34,031 bases of DNA from Methanothrix sp. Lineage in GTDB: Archaea; Halobacteriota; Methanosarcinia; Methanotrichales; Methanotrichaceae. Position numbers and translations under genes: made by a program. The notes under the pieces were generated by a model. The model had not been told where the DNA came from and did no database searches. It was given only the letters and a program-made list of their open reading frames with translations. The DNA is taken from assembly GCA_040770465.1 (NCBI GenBank), contig JAXGJB010000032.1, positions 1 to 34,031 on the forward strand, read 5' to 3'. Shown in pieces: positions 18,583 to 28,224 of this stretch. How positions within the stretch are numbered: position 1 is the first letter of the stretch; the number at the start of each line of letters is the position of its first letter.

Positions 18583-20286
18583 TTACTCCGTTTCTGTAAT
18601 AGTTGCCTGGCTGGTGACTATTATTCTCTCGGACCCGTATGCGAATATACCCTCCACGACGACTTTATTGTCGTCGGTGCTACCCAATCCCTTATCATCT
18701 ATACTGGCATCCATGTAGATATATACATTTTCTCCGCTATTAAGGGTACCCAACTCCCAGGTTAGGTTAAATGCAGTATCAGTACTGCCAGATTCTGTCA
18801 GGCGTGAGTATACTTTTGGTTGGATATCACTTCCTCCAGAAGGCCAGCCGTTATCGACACCATCATTCACATCATCAGGCACCAGTCCTTCATCACCATA
18901 TATGTCTATCAAACGATCTATATTTATAGATATATCAACATCACTGTTGTATACTTGAGAATAGTTGAATTTGAGGTATTCAGGTAAGATATCGACGACT
19001 TTGACATCTACAAGGTCAGTATTACCAACATTGTGAATCCTGATCATGTAATTTACCGTATTGTTTACTTTATCGAAATCATCAACTCTCTTGAATATCT
19101 CTATACCAGGTCCATCCTGGCCAGCTGGACTTGATCCGGTTCCTTGTCCCGCCCCCGGTGAGGAATATCCATATCCTTCATCCAAATCGGTATAGATGCA
19201 TTCATATCCCTCAGCACATTCTGTATCTGTAGTATTGCATTCCGTATAATTCCGATCGTTTGGAATATTGCGAATAAGGTTATTCGAATATCGTTCGTAC
19301 TCGCTTGAGAGTCCGATATGCGCTATGTCAATTGAATATCGTCTGTACTCGTCAGAACGTCCCAGGTTTTGGATTGGCAGCATCTTCGAGTTTGGCAGTA
19401 TAATATCGGGGTCTAACGTATAATAAACGCCACTATTTGGCCAATATCCCGCTGTTAGCCCTATTGAACAATTTCCGTTTCCTCCTGGACAAGATGGCAC
19501 TATGGGGGGATTACCGCCGATGCAACATGACAACCAGTCGTCATCACCGGCTGCCGGGATGAAAACGCCCTCTGCAACCAATTTATTTACAGCGGTGAAA
19601 TTCCCTTTCATCAGAGCCGTCTGTTCCCAGTCTACCCTCTTGCCACAGGTTTCATTTGTCCACCCTGTTGAGTCCCAGACCTCTAAAGCGCCATTTTTAA
19701 CATCTGCATTGTAATCGAAATAGTAATCAAATGGCTTTCCAGTCTCGTTCATCGGACCCATTCCTATATCTGTATTAGCTTCAACATTCATGGGGCCGTA
19801 TTTTTCTCCGACTCGATAGGCATATCTATCTGTATCGCTTATCTTGGTTACATCATACCACATTTCTGTATATCTTATTTTTTTCCATGCTGATAAGGCT
19901 CTGTTATTCGGGAAGTATCCTTTCGCATATATTTTTGCTATTGCTTTGTCGCCTTCGAAATCAACCTTCTGTTCTCGCTGCAATGCCGAAGAATAATTTA
20001 CATAAGGTTCATTATGAGTGGCATCTTTCAGGCCGTCGTAGTAACTTATATAATCACGAAAATCAATATCGCCATTTTCCAAATATACTAAAGTTCCAGT
20101 CTTATACCCTTCTGAATAACTGCATTTTTCAAGTTTAGGTTCTTCTATATAATTATAGTAAGTCATTGTTGCACTATCATTTTCCGTGCTTTTGCACTCA
20201 AAAGTGCTTGTTATAGTAGTAGCCGAAACTGTAGCGCAGAATACTACAACTATCAAAAATAATTGGATTGTGAATCTCATAATCAT
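18583..20286 (-). CDS. Secreted Cys-containing protein with a C-terminal DUF11-type domain
   Basis: Signal peptide. IEIFKRV...VNYMIRIHNVGNTDLVDVKVVDILPEYLKF...LTWELGTLNSGE...NKVVVEG is the DUF11 pattern. Low GC. Confidence 0.8.
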   Translation of the reverse strand: MIMRFTIQLFLIVVVFCATVSATTITSTFECKSTENDSATMTYYNYIEEPKLEKCSYSEGYKTGTLVYLENGDIDFRDYISYYDGLKDATHNEPYVNYSSALQREQKVDFEGDKAIAKIYAKGYFPNNRALSAWKKIRYTEMWYDVTKISDTDRYAYRVGEKYGPMNVEANTDIGMGPMNETGKPFDYYFDYNADVKNGALEVWDSTGWTNETCGKRVDWEQTALMKGNFTAVNKLVAEGVFIPAAGDDDWLSCCIGGNPPIVPSCPGGNGNCSIGLTAGYWPNSGVYYTLDPDIILPNSKMLPIQNLGRSDEYRRYSIDIAHIGLSSEYERYSNNLIRNIPNDRNYTECNTTDTECAEGYECIYTDLDEGYGYSSPGAGQGTGSSPAGQDGPGIEIFKRVDDFDKVNNTVNYMIRIHNVGNTDLVDVKVVDILPEYLKFNYSQVYNSDVDISINIDRLIDIYGDEGLVPDDVNDGVDNGWPSGGSDIQPKVYSRLTESGSTDTAFNLTWELGTLNSGENVYIYMDASIDDKGLGSTDDNKVVVEGIFAYGSERIIVTSQATITETE

Positions 20287-20306
20287 CGTCCTCCGCCATT
20301 CTAAGA

Positions 20307-21251
20307 TTAAACAAATATGAACTTAATATCTGTTCCTTTGGTTCTAATCTTCTTCGTTTCGGGATCCCAATAAATGGGATTGGGCATGAGTTTTCCGTCC
20401 ACATCCTTTTCTCTTCCACTGTTCCAGATGGCAAGGACAGAATTTGACCCACCTTTCACATCGTCTGGACTGATTATTCCTACACCGACTGGACATCCTG
20501 GATAATCGCGGCGCACATGAACAAAATACCAAAGCGCCTTATCATAATCGTGCCAGTTTTCCTTAAAAGTTATACGATCAGCTGGTGTTTCTGATTTATG
20601 ATGCTTATCCATATCAGGGCATTTTCTAAAACCTCTTTCAAGATAATCTAATATCCCGTTATTTTGCTTCCTCAAGGGATAAATTAGACGTTTATTATCA
20701 AATATCAAAAAATCTTTATGTGACTTATCTCCAAGTTGATATTTGGGATGACCTGTAAAAAGCTGTCCAACTGGCTTATCGCATATTGGAAATGCCACTG
20801 TTGACATGACACTATGGAATCCTGTTTGATTATTGAGCTTGACCTCTCCATGCGCTTTTATCGGATCGTAGAGCACCAGCTTGAGTTTATTATCTTCTTT
20901 TACAAAAAACATAACAATAGCATGGTCTTGGTTTTGCATATATGCGGCTTTTCCTGAAATCACTCCAATGGGATACCCTGGAATAGCATTCCGAACATGA
21001 GCCGCGCCCCAAAAAGCTCTGTCTTCGCAGTCATAAAACTCTGGTACATAAGTACCATAATGGAGGCTCTCCAAAATATCTATTACTGCTTGTTTATCCT
21101 GCAATATATTCATATCTTTGAAATCGGTATCGAACATGGTTGTTCCGCCAGCCACGCCAAAGAAGCCTGAAGGCTTTGGAATTACTGATACCTCTTGGTC
21201 CGGACAAATGATGGGGGCCATGTTTTTGCTCTTTAATTCATTGCAAGTCAT
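20307..21251 (-). CDS. Tandem-domain protein with one papain/transglutaminase-like Cys-His-Asp domain and one degenerate copy
   Basis: Domain 1 has YDCEDRAFWGAAHVR..IPGYPIGVI...DHAIVMF...LYDP. Domain 2 has HDYDKALWYFVHVRRDYPGCPVGVGII...NSVLAIW...YWDP. Confidence 0.6.
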   Translation of the reverse strand: MTCNELKSKNMAPIICPDQEVSVIPKPSGFFGVAGGTTMFDTDFKDMNILQDKQAVIDILESLHYGTYVPEFYDCEDRAFWGAAHVRNAIPGYPIGVISGKAAYMQNQDHAIVMFFVKEDNKLKLVLYDPIKAHGEVKLNNQTGFHSVMSTVAFPICDKPVGQLFTGHPKYQLGDKSHKDFLIFDNKRLIYPLRKQNNGILDYLERGFRKCPDMDKHHKSETPADRITFKENWHDYDKALWYFVHVRRDYPGCPVGVGIISPDDVKGGSNSVLAIWNSGREKDVDGKLMPNPIYWDPETKKIRTKGTDIKFIFV

Positions 21252-21740
21252 ATGCTGGTATTATACTTTATCATATTTTAACTTTCCGCCTTATTTTAAT
21301 AATCAGGTAATTAATACAAACCACGGAAAGGAAACCGGATAATATGAAAATATAAAAATTAAAAATAATTTTAAACTTCTATATATATAATTTTCACGAG
21401 ATTATATCTGAATTCGATATCTAATGATGAGTCAGATTTCGAGTCATCAGAAGGATGCGATCTGATCCAAAATACAAATTTTATACATTGCACTTGATCA
21501 TATAAAATATCTTCGACAAATACCATAATATTTTCTCTATTATTTTCTTTGCTTCAAGGGATCACTTAAAGCCTTTTTGCTTGCGCATGACCGGTGTAAT
21601 TATGAGAATTGCTGCAACCAGTTATCCAATCACTTATAAATCACAGCAAATGTCAAGAGGGAAATAGCAATTTCGTTGGCTTCTCATCAAACCCCGCCTT
21701 CCAAAAGACAAATAAGCTTTCCCTCCCACCCGAAGACCTG

Positions 21741-23222
21741 ATGACGCGATTCATCGTGGTCCTGGGTACCACCTCCCACTCCGGAAAGAGCACCATCGTC
21801 GCCGCCCTCTGCAGGATCCTCCGAAATCGAGGCCTCAAGGTAGCCCCCTTTAAGTCCCAGAACATGTCCCTCAACTCCTGGGTCACCCCAGGGGGCAAGG
21901 AGATGGGGATCGCCCAGGCGGTCCAGGCCTGGGCCGCGGGGGTAGAGCCCTCTGAGCTGATGAACCCGATCCTCCTCAAGCCGAAGGGGGACAGGACGAG
22001 CCAGGTGATCGTCTTCGGGGTCCCCGTCGCCGACAAGTCGGCGGAGGAGTACTACCGGGAGATCGATGGGTTGAAAGGGGACGTGGACCGGGCCATCCAT
22101 GAATTGTCTCGGGAGTACGACTACATCGTCGTCGAGGGGGCGGGTGGGGCGGCCGAGATCAACCTCTTCGACCGGGACATCGCCAACATCTACGTCGCCG
22201 CAAAGCTCGGGGCCCCCATCATCCTGGTGGGGGACATCGAGAGGGGCGGGGTCTTCGCAAGCCTCTACGGAACGGTGGCGCTTCTCCCCCCCGAGATCAG
22301 GCCCCTTGTCCGGGGGCTTGTCATCAACAAGTTCCGGGGCGACCCCGCCATCCTGGAGCCGGGGCTACAGATGCTGGAGAAGCTGACGGGCGTTCCCGTC
22401 CTCGGTGTCATGCCCTACCTCGACCTGAACCTGCCATCCGAGGACTCCGTCTCCCTGGGGGACAAAAGGGCCGATGTCGGGGGCGAAAAGGTCGAGATCG
22501 CTGTGGTCAGGCTTCCGAGGATCTCCAACTTCACCGACTTCGAGCCCCTGGAGCGGGAGGCACGGGTCCGGTACGTCGCCCCCGGCGAAGCTCTGGGAAG
22601 CCCCGACGCCGTCATCATCCCCGGGACGAAGAACACCGTCGCGGACCTCGAGGAGATGCGGGCGAGGGGGACCGACCGGGAGATCCTGGCCCTGCGGGAT
22701 GCCGGGGTTCCGATCCTGGGGATCTGCGGCGGCTACCAGATCCTGGGCAGAACCATCGTGGACCTGGGGATCGAGAACACCACCGACACCGTTCCGGGCC
22801 TCGGCCTCCTGTACCTGGAGACCCGGTTCGACCGGTACGAGAAGAGGACCGTCCAGGTGGAGAAGACGGTCACCGGAGACGGCCCGATCCTGGGCCCTAT
22901 AAAAGGGGAGAGGGTATGGGGCTACGAGATCCACATGGGCATCACCGCCTCGCGAGAACCCCCCGCCTTCGGGGACGACGGGGCGGTGGCCGGCGACGGG
23001 CTGGTCATGGGAACCTACCTCCACGGGATCTTCAACAACCAGAACTTCAGGGACGCCTTCCTGGACTACCTCTATTCGAAAAAGAACCTGGTCCGGGGAT
23101 CGGCCGGAGCGGGCGAAGGGTATGACGAGCTCGCCGCCGCCACGGAGAAGTACCTGGATATGGAGAAGATCTGGAAGATGATCGACGTCGAGCCGCAGTC
23201 GAGCCCGGATGAGGCGGATTAG
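21741..23222 (+). CDS. cobQ: Cobyric acid synthase
   Basis: GTTSHSGKS, APFKSQNMSLNS, MNPILLKP, EGAG..AEINL, DIERGGVFA, ISNFTDF, GICGGYQ.LG, GYEIHMG, GTYLHGIF. Start moved to ATG 21741. Confidence 0.97.
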   Translation: MTRFIVVLGTTSHSGKSTIVAALCRILRNRGLKVAPFKSQNMSLNSWVTPGGKEMGIAQAVQAWAAGVEPSELMNPILLKPKGDRTSQVIVFGVPVADKSAEEYYREIDGLKGDVDRAIHELSREYDYIVVEGAGGAAEINLFDRDIANIYVAAKLGAPIILVGDIERGGVFASLYGTVALLPPEIRPLVRGLVINKFRGDPAILEPGLQMLEKLTGVPVLGVMPYLDLNLPSEDSVSLGDKRADVGGEKVEIAVVRLPRISNFTDFEPLEREARVRYVAPGEALGSPDAVIIPGTKNTVADLEEMRARGTDREILALRDAGVPILGICGGYQILGRTIVDLGIENTTDTVPGLGLLYLETRFDRYEKRTVQVEKTVTGDGPILGPIKGERVWGYEIHMGITASREPPAFGDDGAVAGDGLVMGTYLHGIFNNQNFRDAFLDYLYSKKNLVRGSAGAGEGYDELAAATEKYLDMEKIWKMIDVEPQSSPDEAD

Positions 23223-23335
23223 AAAGGAAGATGTCGATGGATTGGTTGTTGGGCAAGAGAAAGATTCTGGACTTAAAATATATACCTGCAGGATCTGAAA
23301 GGAGGGGGTGTAGGGTGAGGTGGAAGGGGAGCCTG

Positions 23336-23668
23336 TCACTTCTCGGATCTCAGCTCCTCCATCCTCGCTTTTATGCTCTTCAGCTGGGCTTCGAGGCTCT
23401 CGGCCATGCTCTCTAGATCCGCCATCTCCACCTCCGAAGAGGGGGCTGGTGGGTAGGGTCCAAAGGCGGCAACAGGCCAGTTGGGCCAGAAGCGAAGGCA
23501 TCGACCTCGACCTCCACCACGGCCACGCCCACCGCCCCTGCCGGCGCCGAAGGGCCCGCCGAACCCAGCGTTGAAGTATCCAGGAGCATCAGATCCCGAA
23601 CAGTATCCCATGCCCCTTCCGGTTCTCGGTCCATATCCCGCAGGTCCAGTTCTATCTCCGCCTGGCAT
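23336..23668 (-). CDS. DUF5320-family Gly/Arg-rich protein
   Basis: MPGGDRTGP.G.GPRTGRGMGYC, an RGG-rich middle and a C-terminal coiled coil. Confidence 0.88.
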   Translation of the reverse strand: MPGGDRTGPAGYGPRTGRGMGYCSGSDAPGYFNAGFGGPFGAGRGGGRGRGGGRGRCLRFWPNWPVAAFGPYPPAPSSEVEMADLESMAESLEAQLKSIKARMEELRSEK

Positions 23669-23814
23669 ATCTCATTCACCTCGTTTTGACACATCTTGGC
23701 GGCTGCTACGCCGCCCAGCAAATTCGACTGATTAGTCTCTTATGAGATCTAATATTTAAACGTTTCCGGAATACCAGGAAATTTTCAAATACAAAGTCCC
23801 AGATACGACCATTT

Positions 23815-24276
23815 ATGGGCCCATGCAGAGGCCGACGTCGCGGCCAGAGATGGATAACGGAGATCCCCGAAACGAGGCGGTTTGAGCCAGAGGGAGAAAA
23901 GAAGGGCGATGACGTCTTGATCACCCTGGAGGAGCTGGAGGCTATCCGCCTCGTGGACCTTCTGGAGCTTCAGCAGCAGGAGGCCGCCCTCTACATGGGA
24001 GTTTCGAGGAAAGCTCACTGGAATGACCTTCGGAGCGGGAGAAAGAAGATCGCCTCAGCCCTGGTTTACGGCCTGGGAATCAGGATCGAGGGGGGAAGCT
24101 ACATCCTCAGAGACGCAGGGGCACAGCCGAGCCATCCGGATGGGGCGAAGTCGGAGAATACGCCTCCGATGGAGGATCAACTCCGACTCCTGGAGCTGGA
24201 GATGGCCGCGATCGAAGATAGGCTGAAAGGCATCAGGTCGAGGATGAAAACGCTGAAAGAAACGACCGAACCATAG
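23815..24276 (+). CDS. DUF134-family predicted DNA-binding protein
   Basis: EELEAIRLVDLLELQQQEAALYMGVSRK....DL.SGRKKIA.ALV.G..IRIEGG with a coiled-coil extension. Divergent from the DUF5320 gene. Confidence 0.9.
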   Translation: MGPCRGRRRGQRWITEIPETRRFEPEGEKKGDDVLITLEELEAIRLVDLLELQQQEAALYMGVSRKAHWNDLRSGRKKIASALVYGLGIRIEGGSYILRDAGAQPSHPDGAKSENTPPMEDQLRLLELEMAAIEDRLKGIRSRMKTLKETTEP

Positions 24277-24352
24277 GCCGCCCGTCCGCCGGTCGCCCGC
24301 TCCATCTGACGAAGGTTCCGGCTGCAGATGGGATCTTTCTTGCTCCGCCCTC

Positions 24353-24817
24353 TCAGCCCGGACTTAAAAATCGGCGCAGATATTCCGGGTATGATGGGAG
24401 GTTCGGCAGACGACGGCTGGAATTCTCAGAACTCCCGTTCAAAAACCGGCCCAGGTAATCCGGGTATGATGAGAGGTTCATCAAACCTCTGCGGCTCAAA
24501 TTCTCGGAGCTCTGGTTAATGAAAGTCTCGAAGGCGGGAGAATATAGGCTGTAATTGAGGCTGTAGTTCGTCACCGTCGGCCGGGGTCCATTCTCCAAAA
24601 AGTGGACGAGGTGTTCAGGATATGAAGATAGGCTTCTCTCGGCCCCAGCACTGCCCATGAACTCCTCAAAGGCCGATCCATACTCAGAGTAGTTAGCCCC
24701 TCTCATGGTCCCGGATGGTCCGATGACATCCAGGTACCCTTCTCCTTCCGCGACCGCAAATGCCGAAACGGCCAGGATCGCGAAAAAGACATGAAGAAAC
24801 GACGACATCATGATCAC
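24353..24817 (-). CDS. Secreted hypothetical protein with five short helical repeats
   Basis: Signal peptide and repeats of (N/S)-x-(S/P)-x-Y-x-x-x-(F/L)-x-x-F. Confidence 0.7.
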   Translation of the reverse strand: MIMMSSFLHVFFAILAVSAFAVAEGEGYLDVIGPSGTMRGANYSEYGSAFEEFMGSAGAERSLSSYPEHLVHFLENGPRPTVTNYSLNYSLYSPAFETFINQSSENLSRRGLMNLSSYPDYLGRFLNGSSENSSRRLPNLPSYPEYLRRFLSPG

Positions 24818-24988
24818 GGATATATTTTCGATAACAAGCTATAAAAATCTTGCTGGGATTGATCTGAACAGTCGATGGATCAGCAAGAAGTATCCGGCAT
24901 CAAGCCACCAATATCAGCAGCGCGTTTCGAAAAGGTAGATAAGGGTGGACAGAAATTCAGTCCTCTCAGCCGGGGAGAGAGACAAGAG

Positions 24989-25876
24989 ATGATCGATTAC
25001 CTGAGAATGCTTCGGATAAAAGACTGGATCAAGTTCTATCCATTATTTCCGCTGGCGGGAGCCGTTCTTGCCGGCGGGAGCCCGGATCAGACGCTCCTTG
25101 TTTTGATCGCGTACATCTGCCTCATAGGCTACGCCTTCGCCGTGAACAACTACTTCGATGCCGAGATCGATAGAATGCACCGTCACAAGGTGGCTTCGGG
25201 AACAAATCCCATGGCCGCGGGAAAGGTCGGCAGAAGGGGGGTCGTGGTGCTGATGCTGGCCCTGGTCCTGCTCCCCATCGCCATCTCCATCCGCCTGGAC
25301 CCGACGGGTGCCCTCTTCGTGGTCATCAACCTGCTATTCTTTACCGGCTATTCCGCAAGCTTCGTCCGGCTGAAGGAACGATATCTATTGGACGCCACGA
25401 GCCACGGCCTGATGTTCGGAGCGCTGCCCTTCCTAGCGGGTTTCCTCCTCTGTGGGGGAGAGCTCTCTTGGGGGACAATATTGATATCTCTGCTATTCTT
25501 TATAGTCGGTTGCGAAGCCCTTATAGCCCATCAGATAGTGGATTATGCGGAGGACCTGGGATCTACCACCACCACAGTAACGAGAATTGGACCGAAGAAC
25601 GGCCTTCTGATGCTGGGAGGCCTGGCAGCCATCTCCCTGGCATTCACCTTCGCGGCGGCCCGCCTCTTTCAGCTCTCCCTGGCTGTGGCGGCGGCTTCGG
25701 CCCTTTATCTGATGGTCTATCCGACCTATTCGGTCAGAGGTATGTTGAATGATATCAGTGATCGTTCCCGCGCTGAACGAGGCGGAGCAGATAGAAGCGA
25801 CCCTAAGGTCCCTTGCAAGCCAATCCCTGGGAATAGAGAGCTACGAGATCATAGTAGTCGATGGGGGCTCAGATGA
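24989..25876 (+). CDS. UbiA-family prenyltransferase
   Basis: YLRMLRIKDW, NNYFDAEID, NPMAAG, RLKE, HQIVDYAED and multiple TM segments. Start moved to ATG 24989. Confidence 0.88.
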   Translation: MIDYLRMLRIKDWIKFYPLFPLAGAVLAGGSPDQTLLVLIAYICLIGYAFAVNNYFDAEIDRMHRHKVASGTNPMAAGKVGRRGVVVLMLALVLLPIAISIRLDPTGALFVVINLLFFTGYSASFVRLKERYLLDATSHGLMFGALPFLAGFLLCGGELSWGTILISLLFFIVGCEALIAHQIVDYAEDLGSTTTTVTRIGPKNGLLMLGGLAAISLAFTFAAARLFQLSLAVAAASALYLMVYPTYSVRGMLNDISDRSRAERGGADRSDPKVPCKPIPGNRELRDHSSRWGLR

Positions 25877-26528
25877 CGGGACCGTCGAGATCGCTCTGGA
25901 GTACGCTGACAGGGTGATATTCCAGACCCACCCCGGGATAGGCGGCGCCAGGAGGGACGGGGCCGAGGCTGCACGAGGCCGGATCCTGGCCTTCACCGAT
26001 GCCGATACGGCCTTTCCACGAAGCTGGCTTGAGATCTTGAGCAAAAACCTCAAGAGGCACGACGCCAGCACGGGGCCGGTGATATTCCAGGATAGAGACC
26101 TGAGGACCGAGATTCTCCAGGCGTGGCGAAGCTCCTACAAGCTCCTCAAAGCCTTCAACTTCTGCTACATGATCGGCTCCAATATGGCCATGAAAAGAGA
26201 GACCTACCAGCGGGCCGGCGGCCACAGGGACATATCCCTCCTGGACGACTACGACCTGTCGGTGAGGCTCTTCAAGATCGGGGCCGACGCCGTCTACGAC
26301 CCACGTCAGGCGGTCTATACGTCGTCTCGGAGGGCCCACAAGCTCCTCACATACGGCGTTACGGTTGCCTACGGCCACTACAACTACGCCGTCACAAAGG
26401 ACTACGATAAGCTTCTCAACTACCCGAAAGTGGACGATATGACCGTTAAAGACCTCCTGAACGGGATCCGCTGGGGAAGAGGCGTGGTATCGGCGGTGGA
26501 GACGGTCCAGTCCACCCTGAAGAAGTAG
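25749..26528 (+). CDS. GT2-family glycosyltransferase
   Basis: ISVIVPALNE, EIIVVDGGSDDGT, ARRDGA, FTDAD (DxD), DDYDLSVRL, TSSRR. Confidence 0.93.
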   Translation: MISVIVPALNEAEQIEATLRSLASQSLGIESYEIIVVDGGSDDGTVEIALEYADRVIFQTHPGIGGARRDGAEAARGRILAFTDADTAFPRSWLEILSKNLKRHDASTGPVIFQDRDLRTEILQAWRSSYKLLKAFNFCYMIGSNMAMKRETYQRAGGHRDISLLDDYDLSVRLFKIGADAVYDPRQAVYTSSRRAHKLLTYGVTVAYGHYNYAVTKDYDKLLNYPKVDDMTVKDLLNGIRWGRGVVSAVETVQSTLKK

Positions 26529-26611
26529 CTTCCGGCGAGGCCATCGCCTGCCGCTCGGGAGCTGCGTCACCGACATCTTTATTTGATAGGTCTGCGTATG
26601 CCCCGCCCAGC

Positions 26612-26683
26612 GGGCCGGTAGATCAGGGGTAGATCGCTACCTTGGCATGGTAGAGGCCTCGGGTTCAAATCCCGACCGGTCCA
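26612..26683 (+). tRNA. tRNA-Ala(GGC)
   Basis: Acceptor stem GGGCCGG/CCGGTCC-A with G3:U70, anticodon arm CTACC-TT-GGC-AT-GGTAG and T-loop TTCAAAT. A TATA-like TTTATTTG lies at ~26578. Confidence 0.97.
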
Positions 26684-26901
26684 TGGGGCTTTTCCGCCGT
26701 CCTTCCCGATCAAAATGCTTCTTGTTCATTCTCATCTTCATATCCGGCGCATTTTGGCTTGAAGGCTGCGTTTTCATCCCGACGGGATCCGAATCCGATC
26801 CGTTTGGACCAAAGACCGAATTCTATCCGAAAATGTCCGCATTCAGCAGCGCCGAACCGGGTCGAAAGGTTCAGATACCATAGAAAGTCTGGTAGACGGA
26901 T

Positions 26902-27519
26902 ATGCACGGGGCGGTCGAGACATTAATTCTGGCCTTCACCATCGGTCTTACGGGAGCCCTGGCCCCCGGCCCCACCCTGGTGGCCACCATAAATTCGTCT
27001 CTTCAGAGGGGTTGGACGATGGGGCCGAAGGTGGCGGCGGGCCACGCCATCACCGAGGTGGCGGTATTCCTTCTCATCGTTGTGGGGCTGGCAGCGGCGG
27101 CAGAAGAGCATACTGCGATCGTAGCCCTCACCGGCGGGTCGGCCCTCATACTCTTCGGTCTTTTGACCCTGAAGGGGAGCAAAACAGCAACAATGAAGGT
27201 CTCTTCGAATGACGCCTCATCGAATCCCTACCTTGCGGGAGCCCTCACCAGCGTCGCCAACCCGTATTTCTGGGTCTGGTGGCTCTCCATCGGGTCCGCC
27301 CTGGTTCTGGCGGAGCTTCGGGAGGGGCTCATTCTCGCGATGATATTCATGATCGGCCACTGGGGCGCCGACTTCGGATGGTACACCCTCATCTCAACGA
27401 GCCTGGATCGGGGGAGGACACTCCTCTCCGAGGCGAACTACAGGAGGACCCTCGCCCTCTGCGGCGCCTTTCTCATCCTCTTCGGAGCCCGATACCTGGC
27501 GGATGCCTGGGCCGTCTGA
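26902..27519 (+). CDS. LysE-family translocator
   Basis: GLTGALAPGP, GPKVAAGHA, NPYFWVWW and about six TM segments. Confidence 0.9.
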   Translation: MHGAVETLILAFTIGLTGALAPGPTLVATINSSLQRGWTMGPKVAAGHAITEVAVFLLIVVGLAAAAEEHTAIVALTGGSALILFGLLTLKGSKTATMKVSSNDASSNPYLAGALTSVANPYFWVWWLSIGSALVLAELREGLILAMIFMIGHWGADFGWYTLISTSLDRGRTLLSEANYRRTLALCGAFLILFGARYLADAWAV

Positions 27520-27603
27520 AAGGGAGAAACGATCGAAGACCTCCTTACGAAAATCGCCAGAATCTTATACGATGCCGGAGGGTGGGAGGGGAGGAGGTCT
27601 CGA

Positions 27604-28224
27604 TTGAGCTGGAAAGAAGACGTTTCATACCTCAAGTCCATCCGCCCTTACATATTCCTCTCAGTATGGCTGTTCCTGGCGTCGGCGGCCCTAGGGTTTA
27701 TCGTATCTCTTAAAAAACCCGATCTTGCGGCCTCCTACGTCGGTGATGTCGCGGAGAAGCTGCAGTGGATACTGGACCTCTCCCCGCCCGCGATGATGAT
27801 GGCGATATTCCTCAACAACCTATTCGCATCGGCGGTGGCACTCCTCCTGGGGGTGGGATTTGGGATCGTCCCCGCCATAGTGGTCGTCATAAACGGCCTG
27901 GTGGTGGGGCTCGTCGTCCATCAGGCGATGCTCGCCGGGGGTCTCGGATTCGTCATAGTCGCGATCCTCCCCCATGGCGTCATCGAGCTTCCCACAGTCC
28001 TCGTCTGCATAGGCGTCGGGTTTCGGCTGGGCCACCTCATGATAAACGCCCTCCTGGGGAGGGGCGGCGACCTGGAGGGCGAATTGAGGACGGCGTTACG
28101 CCTCCTCCGGTGGGTCGTCATCCTCCTTTTCGTCGCGGCGGCGATCGAGACCTTCATAACTCCCGTCCTCATCCAGCCTTTCATCCAACCTTCCGATTTA
28201 CAATCATTATCGGTGATGGAATGA
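27604..28224 (+). CDS. SpoIIM (stage II sporulation protein M)-family membrane protein
   Basis: [33 protein letters not shown] start after GGAGGT; the stop overlaps the proS start (ATGA). Confidence 0.9.
   Translation: MSWKEDVSYLKSIRPYIFLSVWLFLASAALGFIVSLKKPDLAASYVGDVAEKLQWILDLSPPAMMMAIFLNNLFASAVALLLGVGFGIVPAIVVVINGLVVGLVVHQAMLAGGLGFVIVAILPHGVIELPTVLVCIGVGFRLGHLMINALLGRGGDLEGELRTALRLLRWVVILLFVAAAIETFITPVLIQPFIQPSDLQSLSVME

Noticed and set aside
26612-26900. tRNA-Ala or tRNA-Lys/Trp as an integration site
   Set aside because: No duplicated tRNA 3' end and no integrase seen in the window.
27765-28220. 152-aa N-terminal extension of ProS in the ORF track
   Set aside because: It overlaps the SpoIIM gene in another frame; the real start is ATG 28221, coupled by ATGA.
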